This document shows, one piece after another, positions 1-10,490 of a stretch of DNA of 64,000 bases. The translations under genes were made by a program, and so were the position numbers. Position 1 is the first letter of the stretch; each line of letters starts with the position of its first letter. The notes beneath the pieces were generated by a model. The model was given only the letters and a program-made list of their open reading frames with translations, ran no database searches and was not told the DNA's origin. The stretch lies in NCBI GenBank assembly GCA_963823035.1, contig CAWGKG010000004.1, forward strand, positions 288,001-352,000, given 5' to 3'. Origin of the DNA: an uncultured Gemmatimonadales bacterium. GTDB lineage: Bacteria; Gemmatimonadota; Gemmatimonadetes; Longimicrobiales; Gaopeijiaceae.

Positions 1-280
1 GTCGGGCATCGCGGGAGGCGTGATCCTCGGGCTCGGCCGCGCGCTCGGCGAGACCATGGCCGTCACGATGGTCATCGGCAACCGCCACGAGATCGCGGCG
101 TCCCTCTTCGCCCCGGGCTACACGATGGCCTCCCTCATCGCCAACCAGTTCAGCGAAGCCACCGGTGACCTGCAGCTCTCCGCGCTCATGGCCGTCGGCT
201 TCGTCCTCTTCGTGGTGACGCTCGTGGTGAACGCCGGCGCGCGCTGGCTCGTGTGGCGCACGTCGCGGGGGATGGTATGA
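1..280 (+). CDS. pstC: phosphate ABC transporter permease PstC (3' part; runs off window start)
   Basis: LGRALGETMAVTMVIGN...TMASLIANQFSEA motif; stop overlaps the pstA start (ATGA at 277-280). Confidence 0.93.
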   Translation, partial: SGIAGGVILGLGRALGETMAVTMVIGNRHEIAASLFAPGYTMASLIANQFSEATGDLQLSALMAVGFVLFVVTLVVNAGARWLVWRTSRGMV

Positions 281-1136
281 GCGGCTTCCGCACCTCGCCC
301 CGGCGGCGCGCAGTGAACGGGATCATGACCGGCCTCACGTGGCTCGCCGCGGTGCTGGCCACGCTCCCGCTCCTGTTCATCCTCTTCTACCTGCTGCAGA
401 AGGGCGCGACGTCGCTCAACCTGGGCTTCTTCACGCAGCCTCCCGCGCCCCCCGGGCGCCGTGGGCGGAGGGATGGCCAACGCGATCGTGGGGACGATCG
501 TGGTGGTGGGGGTCGCGAGCGCGTTCGGCGTGCCGATCGGCATCGGGGCGGGCATCTACCTCGCCGAGAAGAAGGACGCGCCCCTGGCCACGACCGTGCG
601 CTTCCTGGCCGACGTGCTCAACGGGCTCCCGTCGATCGTCATGGGGATCTTCGCGTGGGAGCTGGTGGTGGTGCCGATGGGCCACTTCTCCGCGCTGGCG
701 GGCGGCCTCGCCCTCGGGGCGATGATGATCCCGACGGTGACGCGCACCACCGAGGAGATGGTGCGCGTGGTGCCCGACCAGCCTCCGCGAGGCGGCGCTC
801 GCGCTCGGGTACACGCGCTGGCGCACCGCGCTCCGCATCGTCCTCCCCACCGCGTTCGCGGGGATCCTCACGGGCATCCTGGTCGCGCTGGCGCGCATCG
901 CCGGCGAGACCGCGCCGCTGCTCTTCACCGCGTTCGGCAACAGCTTCTGGTCGTTCTCCCTCGACCAGCCGATCGCGGCGCTCCCCCTGCAGATCTTCGT
1001 GTACGCCACCGGTCCCTACGACGACTGGCATGCGCAGGCGTGGGCAGGCGCGCTCGTGCTCATCGCGCTCGTGCTGATCATCAGCCTGGTCTCGCGCGCC
1101 GTGACCCGCAGCGGATTCGCCCGTGCGGTCGACTGA
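277..1136 (+). CDS. pstA: phosphate ABC transporter permease PstA (frameshifts near 455 and 780)
   Basis: Stitched frames give GGMANAIVGT...DVLNGLPSIVMGIF...LREAALALG...ARIAGETAPLLFT...AWAGALVLI; TGA at 1134-1136. Confidence 0.9.
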
Positions 1137-1957
1137 GTCGGCGCGGCGCTTCGCCGCGATCGGCACGCGGACGGCGGTCGCCCTCGAGGAGGCGCCCGCC
1201 CGCATGGAGGTGCGTGGAGCTCGACGCCTTCTTCGGAGACGTGCACGCGGTGCAGGGCGTGTCGATGCGCATCCCGCAGGCACCGGGTGACCGCGGTGAT
1301 CGGTCCGTCCGGCTGCGGCAAGTCGACCTTCCTGCGCACGCTCGAACCGGATGCACGAGACCGTGCCCACGGCGTACATCCGCGGGACAGGTCCTCCTCG
1401 ACGGGAACGACATCTACGCCCACGGCGTGGATCCGGTCTCGGTGCGCCGCCACGTGGGGATGGTCTTCCAGCGCTCCACGGCCTTCCCGACGATGTCGAT
1501 CCGCGGCAACGTGGCGGCCGGACTCCGCGTGCTGAGGGCCGCGGGGCAGAGCATCGACGAGGACGAGCGTGTCGAGCAGGCGCTCCGCCGTGCCGCACTC
1601 TGGGAGGAGGTGCGCGACCGCCTCGACGACAGCGCGCTCGGGCTCTCGGGTGGGCAGCAGCAGCGCCTGTGCATCGCCCGGGCGCTCGCGATCGACCCGA
1701 GCGTGCTCCTCCTCGACGAGCCGACCGCCTCGCTCGACCCGATCAGCACGGAGAAGGTGGAACAGCTCGTGCACGACCTGCGCTCGGAGATCACGGTCGT
1801 GATCGTGACGCACAACATGGAGCAGGCCGCGCGCGTCTCCGACCAGACCGGGTTCTTCCTGCACGGCGAGCTCGTCGAGCTGTCGCCCACGGCGGAGCTC
1901 TTCACGCGGCCGCGCGACTCGCGCACCGAGGCGTACATCACGGGCCGTTTCGGATGA
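1123..1957 (+). CDS. pstB: phosphate ABC transporter ATPase PstB (several frameshifts at 1200-1390; start approximate)
   Basis: GPSGCGKST Walker A, LSGGQQQRLCIARAL, LLLDEPTASLDP, VTHNMEQAARVSD, TEAYITGRFG C-terminus. Confidence 0.92.
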
Positions 1958-1986
1958 GCGCGACATGCGCAGGCCCGCGGGCGCGC

Positions 1987-2040
1987 GTTACAGCGCCGAT
2001 ACCGGCAGGCGCGCAGCCCGTTACGGCGTCGACCTATGCT
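1987..2040 (+). promoter_or_regulatory. putative Pho box (GTTAC direct repeats, 11-bp period) and -10 element upstream of pstS
   Basis: GTTACA at 1987, GATACC at 1998, GTTACG at 2020 (offsets 0, 11, 33); TATGCT at 2035-2040. Confidence 0.55.
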
Positions 2041-2081
2041 GAGGGCCGAATCGATCCTTCCATGACGGGGAAGCAACGACG

Positions 2082-3165
2082 ATGAGACGAACGATCTGGG
2101 CGGTTGCCGCGACGATGCTGGTGGCCTGCGGCGGCGGACCAACCCTCCGGGCAGGCGGGCAGCGCTCCGGCGCAGGTGGCGAGCAGCGGGGGCGGCGCCG
2201 ACCTCACGGGCGCGGGCGCGACCTTCCCGAATCCGATCTACGCGAAGTGGTTCTACGACTACGCCCAGCAGACGGGCGTGAAGATCAACTACCAGTCGAT
2301 CGGCTCGGGCGGCGGCATCCGTCAGCTCACCGAGGGCACGGTGGACTTCGGCGCGTCGGACGCGCCGATGAGCGACGCGGAGATGGCGGCGGCCAAGGGC
2401 AAGGTGCTGCACTTCCCGACGGTGATCGGCGCGGTGGCGGTGACCTACAACCTGCGAAGGCGTGTCGACGGCGCTGAAGTTCACGCCGGACGTGCTCGCG
2501 GACATCTTCCTCGGGAAGATCACCCGTTGGAACGACCCGCGGATCGCCGCGGTCAACGCCGGCGTCACGCTTCCGGCCGAGGACATCCTGGTGGTGCACC
2601 GCTCGGACGGCAGCGGCACGTCGTACATCTTCACGGACTACCTCTCCCACGTGAGCGACGCGTGGAAGAGCCGGTCCGGGCACCGGGAAGGACGTCGCCT
2701 GGCCGGTCGGCCTCGGCGGGAAGGGCAACGAGGGCGTGACGGGTCAGGTGAAGCAGACGCCCGGCTCCATCGGGTACGTGGAGCTCGCCTACGCCAACCA
2801 GAACCAGCTCCCGGTGGCCGGAGATCCGCAACCAGGCGGGCAACTTCGTGAAGGCGTCGCTCGAGGGCGCGACGGCGGCGGCCGCGGGCGTTGCCTCCAG
2901 CCTCCCGGAGGACACGGACTTCCGCGTGTCGATCGTGAACGCTCCGGGCGCCGACGCTTATCCGATCTCCTCGTTCACCTGGCTGCTCGTCTACCAGCAG
3001 ATGGACGACGCCGGCCGGACGAAGAAGCTCACGGACTTCATCCGGTGGGCGCTGACCGAAGGCGAGGGTTCCGCCGCCGCGCTGGACTATGCGCCGCTGC
3101 CGGCGAACATGGTCCAACTCGAGATGAAGCAGCTCGAGAAGCGTGCGCTCCGGGTCGATGCGTAG
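2082..3165 (+). CDS. pstS: phosphate-binding lipoprotein PstS (frameshifts near 2135, 2455, 2675, 2820)
   Basis: Lipobox [63 protein letters not shown] motifs. Confidence 0.93.
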
Positions 3166-3179
3166 GCCGCGAACCCGGA

Positions 3180-3219
3180 GTTACGGGACCGTTACAGATC
3201 CAGGGCGCCGGTCGTTACG
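3180..3219 (+). promoter_or_regulatory. putative Pho box upstream of porin gene
   Basis: GTTACG at 3180, GTTACA at 3191 (11-bp spacing), GTTACG at 3214. Confidence 0.55.
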
Positions 3220-3274
3220 AAAAGCGGCGACCCTTTGGGCGTTTGTAACGATCCCTGCACGGAGGAGGAGCGCT

Positions 3275-4294
3275 TTGAAGACAAGGACGCGATGGTCGTC
3301 GGTGGTGGCTGCCTCCGTCGTCGCGGCGGCCGTGGGCGCGCGCGGCGCGTCCGCCCAGGAGGTGCACGTCGGCGGGGTGGTCTACTCCCAGTACGAGTAC
3401 CTCCTGTCGGACTCGGCGGGGCACGGCAACGCGTTCGACGTCAAGCGCGCCTACCTGGACGTTCGTGGGAGCTTCCCGAACGGAGTCGCCACCCGGGTCA
3501 CGGCCGACATCCACCGGCAGCCCGACGGGTCCCTGGGCTACCGCCTCAAGTACGCCTACTTCACCTGGCGGCCCGAGAACAGCCCGGTCACGCTCAAGTT
3601 CGGGCAGATCCATACGGTCCTGCTCGACTGGGAGGAAGGGCTGTGGGACTACCGCATGCAGGGCACGATGCCCATCGAGCGCTACGGATACACCAGCTCC
3701 TCCGACCTCGGCGCCGGGGTGGACGGCGCGTGGGCGGACCAGAAGCTCAACGTGCAGCTCGCCGCCCACAACGGGGAGAGCTATCACGGCGCGGAGGGTG
3801 ACAAGCACAAGGACGTCTCGGCACGGGCGTCGTACCGCCTCCTCTCCTCGGACGACGGCGGAGCGCGCGGCGGGCTGCGCCTGACCGGGATGACGAGCTT
3901 CGGCGCTCCCGTCGGAGGCGGCACGCGCAACCGGTACTTGGGGATGGTGTCCTGGAAGTCCAGCCGCCTGACGCTGGCCGGCGAGGCCGCCAGGACCGTG
4001 GACGGCACGGACCCGGAGCCCAACGCGCGCGGCAATTTCCTCAGCGCGTACGGGGTGCTGCGCGTTCCGGACTCGCCGTGGGCGCTGGTGGCCCGCGTGG
4101 ACCGCTCGGACCCGAACGTCGACGTCGAGGACGACGCGCTCACGCGCCTGATCGCCGGTGTCTCCTACCGGCTCGGGTCCAACGTTCTCGTCCTCCTGGA
4201 CGTGGACCACGTGAGCTACCAGGGCGGTCCACCCAGCGCGGCGGCGGACGCGCGCCGCTCGAGCCTCCTCTTCCAGACGCAGTTCACGTTTTGA
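3275..4294 (+). CDS. outer-membrane porin, probably phosphate-selective (OprO/OprP-like)
   Basis: TTG start after GGAGGAG; signal peptide ending ASA-Q; FDVKRAYL, LKYAY, KFGQ motifs; amphipathic strands; C-terminal Phe (QTQFTF); follows pstS. Confidence 0.75.
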   Translation: MKTRTRWSSVVAASVVAAAVGARGASAQEVHVGGVVYSQYEYLLSDSAGHGNAFDVKRAYLDVRGSFPNGVATRVTADIHRQPDGSLGYRLKYAYFTWRPENSPVTLKFGQIHTVLLDWEEGLWDYRMQGTMPIERYGYTSSSDLGAGVDGAWADQKLNVQLAAHNGESYHGAEGDKHKDVSARASYRLLSSDDGGARGGLRLTGMTSFGAPVGGGTRNRYLGMVSWKSSRLTLAGEAARTVDGTDPEPNARGNFLSAYGVLRVPDSPWALVARVDRSDPNVDVEDDALTRLIAGVSYRLGSNVLVLLDVDHVSYQGGPPSAAADARRSSLLFQTQFTF

Positions 4295-4409
4295 CGGACG
4301 CATCCGTCGAGGGTCTTCCCCTCCGCGGGCCGGCTCCTTACTCATGAGGCGTATCAAGGCCCCCCCGAATGCGTGGGGCCCCCCGACCCGTCACCCCAGG
4401 AGCCCCCTC

Positions 4410-5489
4410 ATGCGTTCCCGTGCCGCCCTGGTCGCAGCCGGCCTGCTGGTGGGTCTTCCCGCCTCCGCCTCCGCACAGTCCCTTCGCTATACCTCCGTCA
4501 ATGAGATGGAGCTCGGCGGCGCCCTCGGCACCATGATGTCGATGATGCCGGGTACGGGCGGGACGACCGAGTCGACCACCTACATCCAGAACTCGAAGAT
4601 CCGCACCGATTCGGACAAGACCTCGAGCATCGTGGACTGGAACACGGGGAAGATGATCTTCCTCGACCACGCGTCCCGCACGTACACCTCCTTCGACTTC
4701 GCCACCATGACGCAGCAGATGACGGAGGCGATGGGCAAGGCCCCCCCGTCCGGCGGCCCCCCCGCGGCGGCCCAGCCGGCGGACCAGCCGAAGATCGAGT
4801 GGGAAGTCCACTTCGCCACGGACCGCACGGGCGAGAAAGAGAAGATCGACGGCTACGATGCGGAGCGTGTGATCCTCACGACGGAGGTCACCGCGAAGAG
4901 TGTTCCCGAGGGCGACGAGACGCAGGAGCAGCTGGGAATGGCGATCGTGTCCGAGCTGTGGCTGAGCAAGGACTTCCCTGAGTACGAGATGATGCAGAAC
5001 CTGCAGGGCGAGGCCGCCGACCGCATCCGGGAGCAGGCCGCTCAGGGAACGGCCGCCTCGATGCAGGCATTTTCGGCGATGCAGCCCGGGCTGTCGGACG
5101 CCTGGCAGAAGAACATGGAGGAACTCGGCAAGCTCGAGGGCTACGCCGTCCGCTCGACGATGCTCTTCGTCACGCTTCCTCCCGACGGCAAGCTCGATCG
5201 GGACGCGGCGCTGGCGGAGAAGGACGCGAAGCTCTCCTCCGGGGCCGGGAGCGCGGCGGCGTCGAGCGCCGCTGACGCCGCGAAGAAGGCGCTGGGCGGA
5301 CTCGCCGGCCGCTTCGGCAGAGGGAAGAAGGAGGAGCCGAAGGCGGAGGAGGTGACGATGACGCAGGCGGTGTTCATGCGCATGAAGTCCGAGATCCGGG
5401 ACGTCGACACGGCCGCCATCGACCCGTCCATCTTCGAGATTCCGGCGGGCTACACCGAACGGCCCATGGGTGGACCGATCGGAGGCTGA
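4410..5489 (+). CDS. exported protein, DUF4412-like
   Basis: Signal peptide; DRTGEKEKIDGYDAE and IDPSIFEIPAGY motifs typical of this family. Confidence 0.65.
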   Translation: MRSRAALVAAGLLVGLPASASAQSLRYTSVNEMELGGALGTMMSMMPGTGGTTESTTYIQNSKIRTDSDKTSSIVDWNTGKMIFLDHASRTYTSFDFATMTQQMTEAMGKAPPSGGPPAAAQPADQPKIEWEVHFATDRTGEKEKIDGYDAERVILTTEVTAKSVPEGDETQEQLGMAIVSELWLSKDFPEYEMMQNLQGEAADRIREQAAQGTAASMQAFSAMQPGLSDAWQKNMEELGKLEGYAVRSTMLFVTLPPDGKLDRDAALAEKDAKLSSGAGSAAASSAADAAKKALGGLAGRFGRGKKEEPKAEEVTMTQAVFMRMKSEIRDVDTAAIDPSIFEIPAGYTERPMGGPIGG

Positions 5490-5516
5490 CCCGGCGCTGT
5501 CGCGAGGGCGCGGGGA

Positions 5517-5885
5517 TCAGCCCCGCGCCTTCGCCCAAGACGCCGCCCTCCTCCCAGGCTCCCTCGAGCTCACGCCGGAAGACGTCGAACACGGCCTCGA
5601 CGGGCATCTGCGGACGGAGCGCCTGGAAGCGATGCATCCCCAGGTAGACGGCGTCGTCGCGGCTCTTCCGGGTGGAGGAGGGCCGACACGGCCGGCACGA
5701 AGAACGTCGCCCGCACGTCGTGCCGCTCGAGCAGCGCGAGGATGCGCGGCACCCCCTGGCGTGCGCCGTACTCCCCCCAGGCCATCCTCCCGATGGAGCG
5801 CCCCGCCGGCGCGCACCTTGTCGACGAGGGCGCGCCGGTGGGGCTCCGGCCACTGCCAGGGCTGCTGTTCGGAGGGGTCGTCCAT
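5517..5885 (-). pseudogene. polysaccharide deacetylase (CE4, PuuE/PgdA-like) remnant with three internal deletions
   Basis: Fragments in different frames: QPWQWPE..VDKVRAG / GEYGARQGVPRILALLERHDVRATFFVPAVSALLHPEE / DDAVYLGMHRF..FRRELEGAWEEGG / WAKARG*; catalytic motifs absent. Confidence 0.75.
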
Positions 5886-5986
5886 GGCGTTGAGGGTAGG
5901 CCACCCCGCCATCTCCGGAAACCCGGGGCCGCCTGGCCTCGTCGTGGCAGGTGAGATCGCCATCCACGCCCGCCCGTGCGAACGCC

Positions 5987-8461
5987 ATGGAATCCCTTCT
6001 GCGCGATGCCCGCCTCGCCCTGAAGCTCCTCTGGAAGGAGAAGACCTTCAGCGTCACCGTCCTCGTCACGCTGGCCGTGTGCATCGGCGCGAACGTCGCC
6101 ATCTACAGCGTCATCCACACGGTCCTCCTCGAGCCCCTTCCGTTCAAGGAACCCGATCGGCTCGTCGCCATCTTCAACAGCTACCCGAACGCGGCCTCGG
6201 GGCGGGGCTCCAACGGGACGGTGGACTTCTTCCAGCGGCGGGAGCACATCGACGCCTTCGAGGAAGTGGCGATCTTCCAGGGGAGCGGCAGCACCGTAGG
6301 TGGCGACGACGGCAGCGAGCGCGTGTCCACGATGCGCGTCTCTCCCTCGCTCTTCCCCTTGCTGGGCGTGCAGGCGGCGCGGGGCCGCACGTTCACCGAA
6401 GAGGAGATGAAGGAGGACAACGACCACGAGGTCGTCCTGACGGACGCGTACTGGCGCGAGCACTTCGGCGCGGACGCGGACGTGGTCGGTCGGTCCCTGC
6501 GCGTCGACGGTGAGGCGTACACGATCGTGGGTGTCCTTGCGCCCGACTTCGAGCTGCCGGGGCGCCCGAACACCCGCTTCTTCCTCCCGGTCGGCCTGTC
6601 GGACGAAGACGCCCAGCTCGATCGGTGGCACTCCAACGACTTCGACATGATCGCGCGCCTGCGTCCGGGAGCGACGATCGAGCAGGCACGTGCGCAGAAC
6701 GATGCGCTCAACCAGTCGCTCATCGACCAGTGGCCCATGCCGAACGCCCGCCAGCTCCTGGAGGACGCGGGGTACCACGTGGTGATCGAGCCGCTCGCGG
6801 CCGACCTGGTCCGCGACGTGAAGCCCGTGCTGTACATGCTGTGGGCCGGGGTCGGGCTGGTGCTGCTGATCGGTTGCGTGAACATCGCCAACCTCCTGCT
6901 CGCCCGCGCGCAGACGCGCATCGGCGAGGTGGCTACGCGCCTCGCGCTCGGCGCGCCGCGCCGCAGGGTGGCGCGCCAGGTGCTCACCGAGGCCGTGGTC
7001 ATGGGCGTGGTGGGCGGCGCGCTCGGCGTGGGGCTCGGGGCGGCCGGCCTGAAGCTGCTCCTGGGCGTCGGCGCGGCCGACCTTCCCCGCGGCACGCACA
7101 TCGGCATCGACCCCTCGGTGCTGCTCTTCACGGCGGTCCTGGCCGTGGGTGCCGGCCTGGTGTTCGGCGCGATCCCGATGGTGCAGATCATGCGGGGCGA
7201 CCTCTCCCCGGTTTTCCGCACGGAGGGACGCTCGGGCACGGCGAGCCGGCGCGCGGTGCTCGTGCGCAACGGGTTGGTGACGAGCCAGGTCGCGCTCGCG
7301 TTCGTCCTGCTGATCGGGGCCGGCCTGATGCTGATGAGCTTCCGCGCGGCCCTGTCGGTGGATCCGGGGTTCGATCCGGATGGCGTGCTCACGGCGTTCG
7401 TGTCGCTGCCGCAGGCACGCTACCCGGACGGCGACGCCAGGCGTCGGTTCACCGAGGAGCTTCGCGCCGGCGTCGCGGCGATTCCCGGTGTGAAGGCGGT
7501 GGGCATCACGGCCCAGCTTCCCTTCACGGGAAACAACTCCAGCAGCGTGATCGTCCCCGAGGGGTACGTGCCCTCGCCGGGCGAGTCCGTGCTCTCCCCG
7601 TATCAGGTGCTCGCGAGTCCCGGGTACGTGGAGGCGATGGGGATGCGCCTCGTGGAGGGACGGACCTTCGAGGACTCCGACGGTCCCGATGCGACCCGCG
7701 TCATGCTCATCGACGAGTGGCTCGCCCGGCGCTATTGGCCGGATCGCAGCCCGCTCGGGGACCGCATGGTCTACGGCGTCGCCCCCGGGGCCGACAGCAT
7801 CCCGCCGGAGAGCGTGTACACGATCGTCGGGGTGGTGAAGACCCTCAAGCAGAACGACCTCACGGCGCCCGCGTCCGAGCACGTGGGTGCGTACTACTTC
7901 TGCACGCTCCAGCGCCCGCCGGGCTTCCAGGCCATGGTGCTCCGCACGGGTGTGGACGCCACGTCGGTCACGCCGGCGCTGCGCAAGCTCGTGTCCGGCC
8001 TCGACGCGGAGCTTCCCGTCTACGGCGTGGAGACGATGCGGGGGCGCATCGACGACTCCCTGCGCACCCGGCGCATCCCGCTCGTCCTGCTGGGGGTCTT
8101 CGCGGGGGTGGCGCTCTTCCTCGCGGTGGTGGGCATCTACGGCGCGCTGGCCTATTCGGTCACGCAGCGTACACGCGAGATCGGCATCCGCATGGCGATG
8201 GGATCCCCGCCGTCCGACGTCTTCCGCAGCGTGGTGGGGCAGGGGCTCCGCGTCACCGGAGCGGGACTGGTGGTGGGCATCGGCTCCGCGCTCCTGCTCA
8301 CCCGGCTCGTGCGCTCCCTCCTCTTCGAGGTGCAGCCCAGCGACCCGCGCGTGATGCTCGCCGTGGCCGTCGTCCTCGGGGCCGTCGGGCTGGTCGCGTG
8401 CCTGATCCCGGCGCGGCGCGCGACGGCCGTCGACCCGGTGTCGGCACTCGGGGGCGTATGA
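5987..8461 (+). CDS. MacB/FtsX-like duplicated ABC permease (ADOP-type)
   Basis: TLAVCIGANVAIYS, LLIGCVNIANLLLAR, QVALAFVLLIGAGL, YSVTQRTREIGIRMAMG, PARRATAVDP; two periplasmic plus FtsX halves. Confidence 0.92.
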   Translation: MESLLRDARLALKLLWKEKTFSVTVLVTLAVCIGANVAIYSVIHTVLLEPLPFKEPDRLVAIFNSYPNAASGRGSNGTVDFFQRREHIDAFEEVAIFQGSGSTVGGDDGSERVSTMRVSPSLFPLLGVQAARGRTFTEEEMKEDNDHEVVLTDAYWREHFGADADVVGRSLRVDGEAYTIVGVLAPDFELPGRPNTRFFLPVGLSDEDAQLDRWHSNDFDMIARLRPGATIEQARAQNDALNQSLIDQWPMPNARQLLEDAGYHVVIEPLAADLVRDVKPVLYMLWAGVGLVLLIGCVNIANLLLARAQTRIGEVATRLALGAPRRRVARQVLTEAVVMGVVGGALGVGLGAAGLKLLLGVGAADLPRGTHIGIDPSVLLFTAVLAVGAGLVFGAIPMVQIMRGDLSPVFRTEGRSGTASRRAVLVRNGLVTSQVALAFVLLIGAGLMLMSFRAALSVDPGFDPDGVLTAFVSLPQARYPDGDARRRFTEELRAGVAAIPGVKAVGITAQLPFTGNNSSSVIVPEGYVPSPGESVLSPYQVLASPGYVEAMGMRLVEGRTFEDSDGPDATRVMLIDEWLARRYWPDRSPLGDRMVYGVAPGADSIPPESVYTIVGVVKTLKQNDLTAPASEHVGAYYFCTLQRPPGFQAMVLRTGVDATSVTPALRKLVSGLDAELPVYGVETMRGRIDDSLRTRRIPLVLLGVFAGVALFLAVVGIYGALAYSVTQRTREIGIRMAMGSPPSDVFRSVVGQGLRVTGAGLVVGIGSALLLTRLVRSLLFEVQPSDPRVMLAVAVVLGAVGLVACLIPARRATAVDPVSALGGV

Positions 8462-8470
8462 GGGCGCCGC

Positions 8471-9732
8471 TCAACGGAGCGGCCGATGCGCCGTCTCCTC
8501 GAGCCCGTGGATGACGGCGCCCGACACCAGGGCCGCCACGATCACGTAGCCCGTCCATGCGAGGGGTGAGCCGGTCCGCCGGATGAGCCAGGTGGCCACC
8601 CAGGGCGCGAAGCCGCCGAAGACGGCGACCGCGAGGGCGTAGCCGGTGGTCATCCACGTCGAGCGGATGCGTGTCGGGAAGATCTCCGCGATGGCCGCGG
8701 GTGCCGGGCCGCTGAACATGGCGATGACCACCGCGAGGCAGACCTGGAGGGCGACCACCATCGCGAAGGGGGGGCCGGTTACGAGGAAGCGCACGACGGG
8801 CCAGGTGAAGAGCGCGAAGGAGGCGCAGCAGGCCAGGAGGAGGGGCCGGCGACCGACCCGGTCGGAGAGACCGCCGAAGAGGGGGATCGCCGCGACCAGG
8901 ACCACCAGGCCGATCGTGTTCGACCAGAGCGCCTGTGCGCTCGTCAGGTGGGCGTAGCGCTCCGTGAACGACGGCATGTAGGTCAGGAAGATGTAGTACG
9001 AGACCGTCCACAGGATCGTGAAGCCGGCCGCGCGCGCCGCGAGCCCGATCGGACCGGCCCCCTCCTCCGGCTCCGGGGCGGCCGCCTCCCTGGCCGCCCG
9101 AAAGGCCGGTGTCTCCTCGATCGTCCGTCGCATCCACAGCCCCACCGGGCCGAGGAGCCCGCCCAGGAGAAAGGGCACGCGCCACCCCCACGCCTGCAGG
9201 CTGGACGGAGAGAGCGTGGAGCTCAGCGTCGCCGCGATCGCCGACCCGAGGAGGAGCCCCGCGCCTACGCTCGTCTGCTGGAAGGAGCCGTACCACCCCC
9301 GCCGCCCTTCGGGCGCCCACTCGACGATGAACGCCGTGCTCCCCCCCACTCCCCACCGGCGCTGAAGCCCTGCAGGAGCCGCGCCGCGACGATCGTGGCC
9401 GGCCCCAGGATGCCCACCGTGGCGTAGGTCGGGGCGACGCCCATGAGGACGGTGCCGCCGGCCATGAGGAAGAGCGTGAGCAGGAGCGCGCGCCGCCGCC
9501 CGTGGACGTCGCCGATGCGACCAATGACGATCCCGCCGAGCGGTCGGGCCAGGAAGCCGACGCCGAAGACGCCGAAGGAGGCGAGCAGCTCGGCGGACGG
9601 GTCGCCGGACGGGAAGAAGTTCCGGCCGATCGTGGCTGCCAGGTAGCCGTAGACGGCGAAGTCGTACCATTCCAGCACGTTGCCGACGACCGCCGCGGCA
9701 ACGGCCCGACGGGGGGAGGCGGTCCGGAGCAT
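8471..9732 (-). CDS. MFS transporter, MHS (ProP/KgtP-like) family; one frameshift near 9345
   Basis: GNVLEWYDFAVY, GFLARPLGG, GDVHGRR, LLQGFSAGGEWGG, LSDRVGRRP motifs. Confidence 0.9.
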
Positions 9733-9790
9733 TCCGCCATGATGGTGCGGCGCCGGGCCCCCCGCCACGTCGGGAGTCGCCCGGAGCCGC

Positions 9791-10291
9791 TCAGCCCGCG
9801 GAGACGACGACCAGCTTCGCGGATGCCCGCGCGGTCCGCTCCTCCTCCGGGTGCTCCTCCATGCGGACGCACTGCTGGCGTCCCGTCGCGTCCGTGGACC
9901 AGCTGGTGCACCGGCTCCAGCCGGATACCCAGAACGTCACCGGCGCGCTGGCGCTGCCCCGCAGCGCCTCCCCGTCGAGGACGAAGTCGAAGCCCGTATC
10001 GCCGCACCTGAAGTGGCGCTCGTCGCCACGCTGCGTCGAGAGCTCCTGGCAGGAGCCGTCGCCGCTGGTCAGGGTCATCGTTCCGTCGGGGGCGATGTAG
10101 ACCTCCGCCTGGACGAGTCGGCGCGCCGAGCTGCCCGCGCGGATCGAGCCGGCCGTGTACTGGATCTGGGCCGACGCCACGTAGCGGCCCGCCGGCCATG
10201 TGACAGGGCCCACGGGCGCGGTTCTCGCGGCCATACCGGCGCATCCTGCCAGTAGGGTCACGGTGAGCGGAAGGAGGCTGGGTGCTCTCAT
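9791..10291 (-). CDS. hypothetical lipoprotein
   Basis: Hydrophobic leader with LLAGC lipobox; beta-rich body with Cys pairs. Confidence 0.65.
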   Translation of the reverse strand: MRAPSLLPLTVTLLAGCAGMAARTAPVGPVTWPAGRYVASAQIQYTAGSIRAGSSARRLVQAEVYIAPDGTMTLTSGDGSCQELSTQRGDERHFRCGDTGFDFVLDGEALRGSASAPVTFWVSGWSRCTSWSTDATGRQQCVRMEEHPEEERTARASAKLVVVSAG

Positions 10292-10367
10292 CGGCATAAG
10301 GTGAAGGAGGTGCCGACGGCGGGGCAATGGCGGGGGAAGTCGTCGCCGACCGGACCGGGGTGGCCCA

Positions 10368-10490
10368 TCACCGCGGCTCCCCCGCGAGGCGGGCGAGGCG
10401 TTCCTTCACCGCTGCGATACGGGGCTGCAGCTCGGGATCGGCGCCCTTCCAGAGGTCGAGGAACCGAGTGTACCCATCGGCAGCCTCCGC
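10368..10490 (-). pseudogene. C-terminal remnant of a TPR-type protein
   Basis: AADGYTRFLDLWKGADPELQPRIAAVKERLARLAGE* resembles the C-terminal tail of TPR/Ser-Thr kinase proteins; no start or upstream body. Confidence 0.55.
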
